50,795 nucleotides of DNA from a virus, in UHGV virus genome UHGV-0203461, one strand, 5' to 3'. Shown here piece after piece: positions 1-8,670 of the stretch. The notes beneath the pieces are model-generated. The model was given only the letters and a program-made list of their open reading frames with translations. It did not search any database and was not told the DNA's origin. The first letter of the stretch is position 1; each line of letters opens with the position of its first letter. The position numbers and the translations under genes are program-made.

Positions 1-36
1 ATAGTTCAATATAAATTAAAAAGGTGGCTAAATAAC

Positions 37-402
37 ATGATTGGATATAGAATAAAGGAATTAAGAAAAGAAAAAGATATTACTCAAAAAGAACTTGCAA
101 CTTTTTTAGGTCTTACTCCTAAAATGATTTCTTTTTATGAGAAGGAAGAAAGATTTCCTCCACATGACATAATTTTAAAATTATCAGATTTTTTTAATGT
201 ATCTACAGATTATTTGCTTGGAAAGGTCAATGTAAAAAATATAGACAATCTTAGTGAGTTAGAGCTAATTGAAAATCTAAATTTCTCTGATGATATAAAA
301 GAAGCTTTAAAACTAATTAGCGAATTAAGTCCTTCTAGTCAAGAAAAAATGTTCAAAATAGCAAAAGTATTTCTTGAAGAAGAACTTAATGAGAAAAAAT
401 AA
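37..402 (+). CDS. XRE-family HTH transcriptional regulator, cI-like prophage repressor candidate
   Basis: N-terminal XRE helix-turn-helix (IKELRKEKDITQKELATFLGLTPKMISFYEKEE). RBS AAAGGTGG upstream. Divergent from the cro-like gene at the other end of the window. Confidence 0.8.
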   Translation: MIGYRIKELRKEKDITQKELATFLGLTPKMISFYEKEERFPPHDIILKLSDFFNVSTDYLLGKVNVKNIDNLSELELIENLNFSDDIKEALKLISELSPSSQEKMFKIAKVFLEEELNEKK

Positions 403-981
403 GAAAGAGAAGAAAACTATTCTCTTTCTTTTTTATTTTCTTGTTTATAATATTCTTTTAATAATTCTATGTACTTTTCTAACTTCTCACTATTATTTTC
501 TCTTAATTTGTTCAATGTATCCCCTGTGTCAATTAGTAGTTTTTTTGATTTTTCCACACGCCTTCCCCCTACTATCAGAACTTATGTTCTTATTTTTAGT
601 TAAAATTCCCAACAAATTTCAATAAAATATAACTATGTATTTTCATTTCTAAAAATATTTTTAGATTATTCAAAATTTTCTTGGATAATTATCTTACTTA
701 CATAATAATACTTTTGTTAAATATATGCAATAAAAAAAGGGGAATTGTAACAAAAAAATCGAATTTTGTAGAGTCTTGGTTATTTTTTCCATTCCTGTGT
801 ATTATTAATCGTCTTTTTAATTATAATTTTTTGTATTTTCTTGTTTATATAATATTTTTTATAATATATTGTAATTTAAAATTTACACAAAAATTTATAT
901 GTCGATTAAAAATATTATTATATAATATTATTTTTATTAATTTCACATTTAAATTTGTATCTTAATTTACTTTTTCTATTT

Positions 982-1007
982 ACACGTATATAAATACGTG
1001 TTATAAT
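982..1007 (+). promoter_or_regulatory. 8-bp inverted repeat ACACGTAT-N4-ATACGTGT overlapping the TATAAT -10 box upstream of hicA; putative HicB operator
   Basis: Dyad symmetry directly abutting TGTTATAAT, followed by RBS GGAGGG and the hicA ATG at 1027. Confidence 0.4.
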
Positions 1008-1026
1008 ATAATTGTAAGGAGGGAGT

Positions 1027-1224
1027 ATGAAATCTTATTCTTCAAGAGAAATTTTGAAAATACTTAATGCAGATGGATGGTATGAAGTAAATTGTGTTGG
1101 TGACCATCATCAATTTAAACATCCTATTAAAAAAGGTAAGGTCACAGTACCTCATCCAAAAAAGGATTTGCCGATTAGAACTGTGAAAAGTATTTTTAAA
1201 CAAGCAGGGATTAATATTAGTTAA
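1027..1224 (+). CDS. hicA: HicA-family mRNA interferase toxin (type II TA)
   Basis: 65 aa. YcfA/HicA-like sequence (ILNADGWYEV...GDHHQFKHP...KDLPIRTVKSIFKQAGI). Immediately followed by hicB. Confidence 0.75.
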   Translation: MKSYSSREILKILNADGWYEVNCVGDHHQFKHPIKKGKVTVPHPKKDLPIRTVKSIFKQAGINIS

Positions 1225-1264
1225 TCCCTCTCTCTCCTTACAAAAACTTTAAGGAGTTGATATA

Positions 1265-1666
1265 ATGAAAAAAGATATATATGTATATCCTGCTATACTA
1301 AGTTATGATGCAGATGGTATCTCTGTAGAATTTCCCGATTTACCAGGTTGTTACACATGTGGAGATACAACAGAAGAAGCCTTGAAAATGGCAAAAGAAG
1401 CCTTAGGATTACATCTGTATGGGATGGAAGATGATGATGACATAATTCCGGATGCAACTACTATAGATAACTTAAATTTAGAGAAAAATCAAATACCAAC
1501 TTTAATAGAGATATATATGCCAATTCACAGAAAAGCTATAGAAAATTACTCTGTTAAAAAGACTCTTACTATTCCCCAATGGCTTAATAGGGAAGCTGAG
1601 AAACATAAGGTTAATTTCTCTCAAATACTTCAAGAAGCTTTAAAAAATCACCTTAACATTCATTAA
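1265..1666 (+). CDS. hicB: HicB-family antitoxin
   Basis: 133 aa. N-terminal HicB/UPF0150 fold signature (YPAILSYDADGISVEFPDLPGCYTCGDTTEEALKMAKEAL) and a C-terminal DNA-binding tail. Downstream partner of hicA. Confidence 0.7.
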   Translation: MKKDIYVYPAILSYDADGISVEFPDLPGCYTCGDTTEEALKMAKEALGLHLYGMEDDDDIIPDATTIDNLNLEKNQIPTLIEIYMPIHRKAIENYSVKKTLTIPQWLNREAEKHKVNFSQILQEALKNHLNIH

Positions 1667-1724
1667 ATATTAGAGCAGTTCAACTGCTCTTTTATATAAA
1701 AACTTATAAAGGGAGTGTACATAT

Positions 1725-2843
1725 ATGAATATCAAATCAGCTTTTATAAGAAAAAGAGGGGAAAAATTTCATGTATATGTGGAGTACATAGAAGAAATGA
1801 CTGGCAAGATAAAACAGAAAAGTTATGGGAGCTATGAAAAGAAAAAGGATGCTGAAAAACATTTAATTGAAATAAAATCTACTATAAATAGTAATAAGTT
1901 TATTACTCCAAGTAAAACCACTCTTGTAGAGAGGTGTTATAAATACATAATGTCAAATGAAAAAAATTGGTCTCCTTATACAGTTATAAATAGGAAATCT
2001 TGGGTTAAGAATTATATAGAACCTTTTTTTAAAGATACAAAACTTATAGATATAAATCCTGTTTTAATTCAAACTTTTATAAATACAACTTTTAATAATT
2101 GTACTTTTAGTAGCTCAAAGATAAGGTATCGTTTTATAAGTTCTGTTCTGAAAGAAGCATATAGATTAAGAGAAATAAATGAAAATCCATGTGATTTTGT
2201 AAAACTTCCTCATAAAGAAAATTCTTCTAAGATTGAAATATATAATAGAGAAGAAGCTTTATTGTTGATAGAAAAACTAAATAATAGTAACATAGAAATA
2301 CCTATTTTACTAATGTTGACATTAGGTTTGCGACTAGGAGAAGCTACTGGACTTAGATGGACTGATGTTGATTTAAATATCGGCTCTGTAAGTGTAAGTC
2401 AAACACTTATATACGCTAATAATAAAATAGAATTTAAAGAACCTAAAACATCAAAATCAAGAAGAACATTGTCAGCTCCTGATGAACTAATAGAAAAACT
2501 TAAGATTGAAAAATTAAGACAAAATAAATTAAAATTACAAGGAATACTTAAAAATGAAAATAATTTAGTTTGTTTAAACAAAGATTATAATCCATTTTTA
2601 CCAGCTACATTAAGAAAGTCTTTTCATAGATTTATTAAAAAAAATAACTTAAAAAACATTAGGATGCATGATTTAAGACATACAAATGCAAGTTTGCTTT
2701 TATTAGGAGGTACTAACATGAAAGTTGTTTCAGAAAGGTTAGGTCATACAGATATACAAATAACTATGAACAGATACTCTCATGTTTTAGAAGAAATGGA
2801 TAAAAAAGCATCTGATAATTTAAGTAAAATATTATTCAAATAA
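1725..2843 (+). CDS. int: tyrosine-type site-specific integrase
   Basis: 372 aa. C-terminal catalytic motifs (HDLRHTNASLLLLGG...RLGHTDIQITMNRYSHV) typical of phage integrases. Confidence 0.9.
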   Translation: MNIKSAFIRKRGEKFHVYVEYIEEMTGKIKQKSYGSYEKKKDAEKHLIEIKSTINSNKFITPSKTTLVERCYKYIMSNEKNWSPYTVINRKSWVKNYIEPFFKDTKLIDINPVLIQTFINTTFNNCTFSSSKIRYRFISSVLKEAYRLREINENPCDFVKLPHKENSSKIEIYNREEALLLIEKLNNSNIEIPILLMLTLGLRLGEATGLRWTDVDLNIGSVSVSQTLIYANNKIEFKEPKTSKSRRTLSAPDELIEKLKIEKLRQNKLKLQGILKNENNLVCLNKDYNPFLPATLRKSFHRFIKKNNLKNIRMHDLRHTNASLLLLGGTNMKVVSERLGHTDIQITMNRYSHVLEEMDKKASDNLSKILFK

Positions 2844-2855
2844 ATGATTACTGGC

Positions 2856-3164
2856 TGTCAGTTAAATGTCAGTTGAACCTAAAAAAATAGGTTTTGTCAG
2901 TTAAATGTCAGTCAGTTAATTTATAATAATTTCTTTTAAATATCGCTAAAACTACACGTTTTAACATTTATTTATACTTATTTATAAGTATTTATTATTA
3001 TACTTTGGAATAGTTCCCAAACGACTTTTAGTGTTTAAAACCATTGATTTCACGGCATTTTCATTTTTTACTTCAATCTTTTTGTCAGTTAAATGTCAGC
3101 AAAACATTTTATCCACAATTTTTATATAACTTTTCCACAGTTTATCCCCAGCTTTATCCACAAA
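2856..3164 (+). repeat. attP-like repeat field downstream of int: 3 copies of TGTCAGTTAAATGTCAG (each holding two TGTCAG half-sites) plus 3 copies of TTTATCC(A/C)CA
   Basis: Exact 17-mers at 2856-2872, 2895-2911 and 3083-3099. TTTATCCACA-like repeats at 3109-3118, 3140-3149 and 3155-3164. Non-coding and AT-rich. Confidence 0.45.
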
Positions 3165-3194
3165 AAGGTAGCTACTATTGAGTGCTACCTTTTG
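3164..3194. terminator. bidirectional hairpin, 9-bp perfect stem AAAGGTAGC/GCTACCTTT
   Basis: Flanked by an A-run on one side and a T-run on the other. Lies between int and the convergent BlaI-like gene. Confidence 0.45.
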
Positions 3195-3202
3195 GCATAT
3201 TC

Positions 3203-3589
3203 TTATTCTTCATCTTCTTGCAAACTTCTTAACCATTTTTCAAGCGCATCTATTTTATCAATACTTACCTCTTCTTTATCATGTAATTTTGATATTAACT
3301 GTGATAAAGGATTATTATGTAAACCTCCAAATAGTTTTTTAGTTTCTGATTTTAAGTATTCTTTTTCTTTTATTAATATTGTATAATGTGTGTGTTTACC
3401 TATTTTTTGAGAAGCTAAAAAACCTCTTTTAGTTAACCTTAATAAAAGTGTTAGTGTTGTAGTTTGTTTCCATTTATATATTTTTTCCATTTCATCTGCC
3501 ACATCTTTTGATATTACAGTTTTATAACCAGTATTCCATATGTATTTCATAATCTTGAACTCTGAATCTGGTAATTTTTTATTTAGCAT
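3203..3589 (-). CDS. BlaI/MecI/CopY-family winged-helix transcriptional repressor (orphan, no BlaR1 sensor)
   Basis: 128 aa. It aligns over its full length to the penicillinase-repressor pattern (SEFKIMKYIW...TTLTLLLRLTKRGFL...YTIL...). Confidence 0.65.
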   Translation of the reverse strand: MLNKKLPDSEFKIMKYIWNTGYKTVISKDVADEMEKIYKWKQTTTLTLLLRLTKRGFLASQKIGKHTHYTILIKEKEYLKSETKKLFGGLHNNPLSQLISKLHDKEEVSIDKIDALEKWLRSLQEDEE

Positions 3590-3628
3590 AATATCCCCTT
3601 CTTTCTATTAACATATAAAAATATAAAA

Positions 3629-3910
3629 TTATTTTTTTCCTAGTTTCTGCATACTTTCTATAAATACTTTTATTTGTTTCTCTGTCTTTTCTTCTTTTTT
3701 ATGTATAGTTGTAAATACTTGTGTAAAAAAATTATCATATTTACTTACATCTTTTTCTTCTTTTATTACATCTAAATATTCTTTTTTAGTTACTAATACT
3801 TCATAGTTTAATTGAAAACCAACTCTCTTCTTTTTTAATATTCTCATTTTTACTAATCTTCCAAGTAAAATCTCTGTAGTGCTTTTTCTCCACTTATACT
3901 TTTCTTTCAT
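3629..3910 (-). CDS. second BlaI-like paralog, N-terminally truncated or degenerate
   Basis: 93 aa. It is homologous to the C-terminal two-thirds of the neighbouring BlaI-like protein (YKWRKSTTEILLGRLVKMRILKKKRVGFQLNYEVLVTKKEYL against YKWKQTTTLTLLLRLTKRGFL...YTILIKEKEYL). The upstream in-frame extension has no start codon. Confidence 0.4.
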   Translation of the reverse strand: MKEKYKWRKSTTEILLGRLVKMRILKKKRVGFQLNYEVLVTKKEYLDVIKEEKDVSKYDNFFTQVFTTIHKKEEKTEKQIKVFIESMQKLGKK

Positions 3911-4439
3911 TGCTACTTCTATTTCTTTTTTAGATAGAGTAGACTTTTCCCTTCACATGTACTCCATCAACATTAATTCGCCCCTGCGTAATTTACTTTC
4001 TACCTCTTGTCGCTCCATTTATGTCACTTCCTTAATTCGTCTAACTTAAATTAATAATAGGAGCTTTTTAGAACAAAAACTATAGGTAATTTTTACCAAA
4101 TATTCTACTGTTTTAGTTTGTTTTCTTAGAAGAAAAATAACTTTCATATCTATAAAATTATTCAACTTTCAAACTATCCTGTTGAATAATAACTAATTCT
4201 ATTGTATTATTTTAGTTGTAGAATAAAACTAAATCGGCAAAACTAGAGAAATTTAGTGGCATAAATATATATGAACTAAGAATTGTAAAATGAGTTATAA
4301 GTTATATCATCCAGTTATCAAAAACATATACTCTTTTTGTTTTTGTGAAAGTTTTTTAGGTGGCTAATAATATATATACTTAGAGATAAAATAAAATATA
4401 TTTCTAATATTCATAGTTTTATTTTTTCTCAAAATGCGA

Positions 4440-4595
4440 TATAATAAAGATGTAAATTCGTATCAAAAACAAAAAAAGAAACTACAATCTATTAGCCTAG
4501 AGTGAAGTTTCATTAACTAAATATTAATGTCGTTTTTTATTAAACTTGATTTTTACATCAAGCTCAAAGTCACTCCTGCCAGAGTGGCTTTTTAC
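4440..4595 (+). ncRNA. putative antisense antitoxin sRNA of type I TA locus 1 (boundaries approximate)
   Basis: TATAAT -10 box at 4440-4445. The transcript would run antisense into the 3' half of the toxin ORF and stop at the hairpin CACTCCTGCCAGAGTG plus T-run at 4572-4595. The architecture is mirrored at locus 2. Confidence 0.35.
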
Positions 4596-4667
4596 TTTTC
4601 TGGAAATAATATATGTAATAAAGCTAGCTGTTAAACTAGCTAACACTCCTAGTAAAAATTCGCTCAT
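4524..4667 (-). CDS. type I toxin, small membrane peptide, 47 aa (MSEFLLGVLASLTASFITYIISRKVKSHSGRSDFELDVKIKFNKKRH)
   Basis: Absent from the ORF track because it is under 60 aa. RBS GGAAGGAGGTGG. Hydrophobic N-terminal helix with a charged C-tail. Upstream promoter TTGATA-N15-TGTTATAAT at 4758-4784 on the - strand. Paralogous to the peptide at 21445-21606. Confidence 0.6.
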   Translation of the reverse strand: MSEFLLGVLASLTASFITYIISRKVKSHSGRSDFELDVKIKFNKKRH

Positions 4668-4926
4668 TTCTCCACCTCCTTCCTTTTAAGGGATGGAATG
4701 TAGAAAATGAAGCTCCACTCTTAGATTGTAGTTCCACAAGATTATTCTTGCATTTTAATTATAACATAATTTTACAATTATCAAATATCTATTCTTCATA
4801 TTTTTTATTTATACAATATATTCTATATTGCAATAAAAAACATTGTTTTAAATATATATATACATAGGTATATACTAAATATGTTAAACTTAATTATAGA
4901 AAATATAAAATGAAAGGAATAAAAAT

Positions 4927-5115
4927 ATGACTAAGACTATATTATGTGATTACTGTAATAAAGGAATAAACAAAGATGATAATAAGTATATTACTTTTCA
5001 TAAGAAAAGTCATATGAAAACTAACATTTGTATTAATTGTGCATTAAATTTGATAGATAAAGATAAATTAAATGAAAATATTATAAATAATCAACATGGT
5101 TATTCAAAGAAATGA
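4927..5115 (+). CDS. small zinc-ribbon protein (CxxC...CxxC)
   Basis: 62 aa with two Cys pairs. Followed by a hairpin plus T-run near 5310-5340. Confidence 0.3.
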   Translation: MTKTILCDYCNKGINKDDNKYITFHKKSHMKTNICINCALNLIDKDKLNENIINNQHGYSKK

Positions 5116-5709
5116 AAAAGCACTCTCCATAATGAAGAATGCTCTATATAATAATGTTTGACTTAGTAAAGATGTGTTGGGGTTACATATTTACTTTTTT
5201 ATTATATCATATAACTTTGTGTATGAAAAAGAATTTAAATCGATTTTAAGGTGTGTTGAGTAATATTCTTGATAGTTTATATGTTGATGAATTTCAAAAA
5301 AATAAGCACTCTTATAAAAAGAGTACTTTTGGTATATATTCAAGCATTTATCTAATACAATTATAGCATGTCTTATGTTTTAGTCTGATAATTTTCGTTC
5401 GTTTTATTATTACAGCTATAGACATAAAAACAAAAAGTATAAAAACTATTGCTATAGCTTTTATACTTTAAAATTCATAAAATTTTACTACTTAATTTGT
5501 TCTAACAAATACTTATAGTCACTATAAGAAATATACTTATTTGAGAAAGCTTGTTCTTCTAAATATTCTTTTTTTTGTTTTCTTTCTTTAAAAAATACAA
5601 TTATTTTTTTTATCATAAAACACACCCCCTAATTTTGTAGCTATAAATACAATTTAAAATATATTTTTATATAATTATGAACTTAATAGATTAAAATTAT
5701 ACTCAAATA

Positions 5710-6741
5710 TTAAAAAATAGTACATATATAAGTTGCCACAATTCCACAAATAACATTAATTAAAATCGTTAATGATAAGCTACTTTTTATTCCTTTTTCA
5801 TGTTTTTTGTTTTTGATATCTAACTTCTCTCGTTTTATTTTATCTCCATTCGTTATGTTGAATATGTGAGTGTCACCATACTCATAAATTTCTGTCAAAA
5901 ACTTATTTGATAAAAATTCTCCAATATTTTTTATTACTTTATAAATAAGACTAAAAAGCAATGTAAGCATGATTAATTTTTGTATATGACTTATGCTTAA
6001 CTGAACTAAAGTATCTATATTAAAATGCGACAAATTAAAATTAACTATACTTACCAAAACAATTAAGCCAAAAAGTGGTATGATATTTTCTATAACAGCA
6101 GAAATACCTTTTCTATATTTTCTAATAAATTTCATTGTTTTTCCTGATTCAGAAACTACTTTTTGTATTGATTTATCCCATTCTTCTATTATATTTATTA
6201 ATTCATCACCTAATAGATGATTAGTAAAATCAACTTTGCAAGTAACAGGAGATAAGCTTTTATCTATAGAATCTATTTCTTCTATTTGACCACTTACTAT
6301 GAGCTGTAATATCTGTTGAGGCTTCATTCCTGAAGATAGTCTTATTACTAATGTATGTCTCTGAGGAACCCCATATTCTTTAAAATCAACAAAAAAATCA
6401 TACTTTATAGTTATATTTTCTAAATAGTGGGAGCTAGACCAATTACAATTTTGAAATTCTATCCAATCAGAAAACTCTTTGAAAGTATTGTTATCAAACT
6501 TAACTGATATATTCACTATTAAAGCTGCTACTATATAATGTTGTAATTTTTCCTTTATTTTTTCATGTAAAGAATATAAATCTTTTATTTCTACATTTAC
6601 ATCTCTTGGAAAAATTCTAAGCATACTATCAGGTTTCCCGTTCATTAAATTGAATAGAGCCTTTAATTCTTCATGACTTATTCTTGATACATCAAGATTT
6701 TTTTCATCAATCTCACCATAAACTAATTCTTTATTCATCAT
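5710..6741 (-). CDS. membrane protein with a soluble N-terminal domain and 3-4 C-terminal TM helices; candidate abortive-infection or superinfection-exclusion factor in the conversion region
   Basis: 343 aa. The C-terminal third has strongly hydrophobic segments (IIPLFGLIVLVSIVNF, LIMLTLLFSLIY, LTILINVICGIVATYICTIF). No recognisable catalytic motif. Sits between the endolysin and the integrase. Confidence 0.45.
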   Translation of the reverse strand: MMNKELVYGEIDEKNLDVSRISHEELKALFNLMNGKPDSMLRIFPRDVNVEIKDLYSLHEKIKEKLQHYIVAALIVNISVKFDNNTFKEFSDWIEFQNCNWSSSHYLENITIKYDFFVDFKEYGVPQRHTLVIRLSSGMKPQQILQLIVSGQIEEIDSIDKSLSPVTCKVDFTNHLLGDELINIIEEWDKSIQKVVSESGKTMKFIRKYRKGISAVIENIIPLFGLIVLVSIVNFNLSHFNIDTLVQLSISHIQKLIMLTLLFSLIYKVIKNIGEFLSNKFLTEIYEYGDTHIFNITNGDKIKREKLDIKNKKHEKGIKSSLSLTILINVICGIVATYICTIF

Positions 6742-7150
6742 ATAACTCCTCTATTTTTAAAACATTATATTTATATAATAAAATTTCTAAAATATGACAA
6801 TAAATCATATTTATACCCTCTTATCTATTATAATAATATTGGTTTTATCTTTTTTCAACCAATTTTTTCCATATACTGTCTTTATAAATAGAGTAAGTTA
6901 TAAAAATATAGCATATCTTTATATTTTCATATAATAAATAATTCTGCATATGCAACCAATTTATTCAATCTAATTATTTTCTATTTTGTAGTATTTATAC
7001 TTACAATTAAATTTATAACTTATGTCCATCTTAGTTTTATTTTTGCAAGCAACTTATATATTTCTAATATATCATTTTTTGCTTATTATATAGTTAGCAA
7101 ACTGTAAATAAAATATAGATATAAAGTACAAGGTATTAATATCTATATTT

Positions 7151-7948
7151 CTATCTATCAATAAAATCTAATGCTTTATAAAGTGTATCAAATCTATCAC
7201 TGCCATTTATCATAGTATATTTTTCTTTAGTAATAGAACCTATCTTCTCACATGCTGCACCACCAATGACATAAAGATTTTGCGTCTGGCCAGGTACATA
7301 ATCTTTTATATCACATATCAGTATTTTCCCATCATTATAGCCCCAACCAACTACAGTTGCAGGGATTTTGTCAACTTCTCCATCATAAACTATTGTATGT
7401 TTGTACATCTGTTTAACTCCCTCATTATTTATATTTTTATTTAAAATACCTTCTGCTATTAATTTAGCAACTATGTCTTTATGTCTGATATAATAATCTG
7501 TATCTGCTTTACTATCTACGAAGCACACTTCAATTAATATTGCTGGTGCTTTTGTATGACTAAGCCAGTAAAGACCTCTTACGTCTGATTTTGCACCTCT
7601 ATTTTTAAATATTGTTGCTAGTTTTTTGTTGACTCTTTCAGCATATACCTTACCTTTGTTAGTTTTATATATTGTCTCTGTACCCATTGAGTTTAGTGTT
7701 GTTTTATTTGCGTTGAAATGGATTTGTACTGCTAGGTCTACATTCTGTTTATTGGCAATTTCACATTGTTCTGCTAAATAGTTATTAGATTTATCTACTT
7801 TTCCAGTATATACAGTAGCTCCACCTTGTTTCAACCATTTTACTATTAAATCAGTTAAAATTCTATTTTCTTTTCCTTCGTCTATATATCCAGTTGCTCC
7901 AGTTCCTTTTCCTGTTAAAGTATGCCCTGGTACTATTGCTATTTTCAT
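7151..7948 (-). CDS. N-acetylmuramoyl-L-alanine amidase endolysin (Amidase_3 N-terminal domain, CD27L-type C-terminal domain)
   Basis: 265 aa. The C-terminal ~90 aa (NKNINNEGVKQMYKHTIVYDGEVDK...RFDTLYKALDFI) matches the C. difficile phage endolysin CD27L C-domain as I recall it. Start overlaps the holin stop (ATGA). Confidence 0.9.
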   Translation of the reverse strand: MKIAIVPGHTLTGKGTGATGYIDEGKENRILTDLIVKWLKQGGATVYTGKVDKSNNYLAEQCEIANKQNVDLAVQIHFNANKTTLNSMGTETIYKTNKGKVYAERVNKKLATIFKNRGAKSDVRGLYWLSHTKAPAILIEVCFVDSKADTDYYIRHKDIVAKLIAEGILNKNINNEGVKQMYKHTIVYDGEVDKIPATVVGWGYNDGKILICDIKDYVPGQTQNLYVIGGAACEKIGSITKEKYTMINGSDRFDTLYKALDFIDR

Positions 7949-8205
7949 TGTTTATTTTCCTCCTTTAGTTGTTTGTAAGTTTGATTTATACCTATTGATA
8001 TTCCCCAACAAATTACACCTTGCAGTACTGCGTTAGGACTAAACCCTAGCATCCAAATAGAAAATCCGATTCCCAACACAAGTAATATAATTGGAATGTA
8101 TTTATTGTCTAATTGTTTATATTTTTTGCAACCTTTACCTATAATAGAGAGAGCAGCTACTAAAATTAGCAACTGCTCTGGTATAAAACTTATTAAATTA
8201 TCCAT
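7945..8205 (-). CDS. holin
   Basis: 86 aa, two TM helices and a charged C-terminus. Translationally coupled to the endolysin. Confidence 0.6.
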   Translation of the reverse strand: MDNLISFIPEQLLILVAALSIIGKGCKKYKQLDNKYIPIILLVLGIGFSIWMLGFSPNAVLQGVICWGISIGINQTYKQLKEENKQ

Positions 8206-8220
8206 CTCTTATCCTCCTAA

Positions 8221-8451
8221 TTAAAATATTCCTTTCTGAACTGCAAATATAAAGAACCCTACTAGTGTTGTAATCATAGTTCCAATTAGCCACTTTAACA
8301 TGCTGGTAAGGGAATTTAAGTTCTCACACAATGCTTTTAACTCTGCTTTAGACTCTATATTTGCTATTTTTAATTCGTCTATTTCATCACTATGTCTGTT
8401 TATTCTTATTTCATTTCGTTTTATTTTTTCTTTTATAACTTCCTCATTCAT
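8221..8451 (-). CDS. XhlA-like lysis-associated membrane protein
   Basis: 76 aa. N-terminal coiled coil plus a single C-terminal TM segment (WLIGTMITTLVGFFIFAV), as in PBSX XhlA. Confidence 0.45.
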   Translation of the reverse strand: MNEEVIKEKIKRNEIRINRHSDEIDELKIANIESKAELKALCENLNSLTSMLKWLIGTMITTLVGFFIFAVQKGIF

Positions 8452-8487
8452 GTAAGCCTCCTAATTAATTGAAATAAAAAAAAGAAC

Positions 8488-8670
8488 CTATTTTGTTGGT
8501 TCTGCTCCTTCTACTACTCCACTATGCTCTATAATATAATCCTCTACTGCTTTTCTGTACTCTGCATTAGTTACATCATCAAGTTGAAACTCTCTATTTT
8601 TTAAGGGATTTAATCCTTTATTCAAAATCCTCTCTGCTAATATTCTTACTACAACATTATTTATATTCAT
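8488..8670 (-). CDS. hypothetical protein (tail-fibre region)
   Basis: 60-aa ORF in the late operon with compact spacing. Confidence 0.3.
   Translation of the reverse strand: MNINNVVVRILAERILNKGLNPLKNREFQLDDVTNAEYRKAVEDYIIEHSGVVEGAEPTK

Noticed and set aside
374-965. + strand ORFs 374-625 and 681-965 in the cI-hicA intergenic region
   Set aside because: Low-complexity AT-rich translations (poly-F/I/L/Y), no RBS, and they overlap obvious promoter and operator DNA. Treated as non-coding.
3093-3386. + strand 97-aa ORF
   Set aside because: Antisense to the well-supported BlaI-like gene and runs through the terminator hairpin. Spurious.
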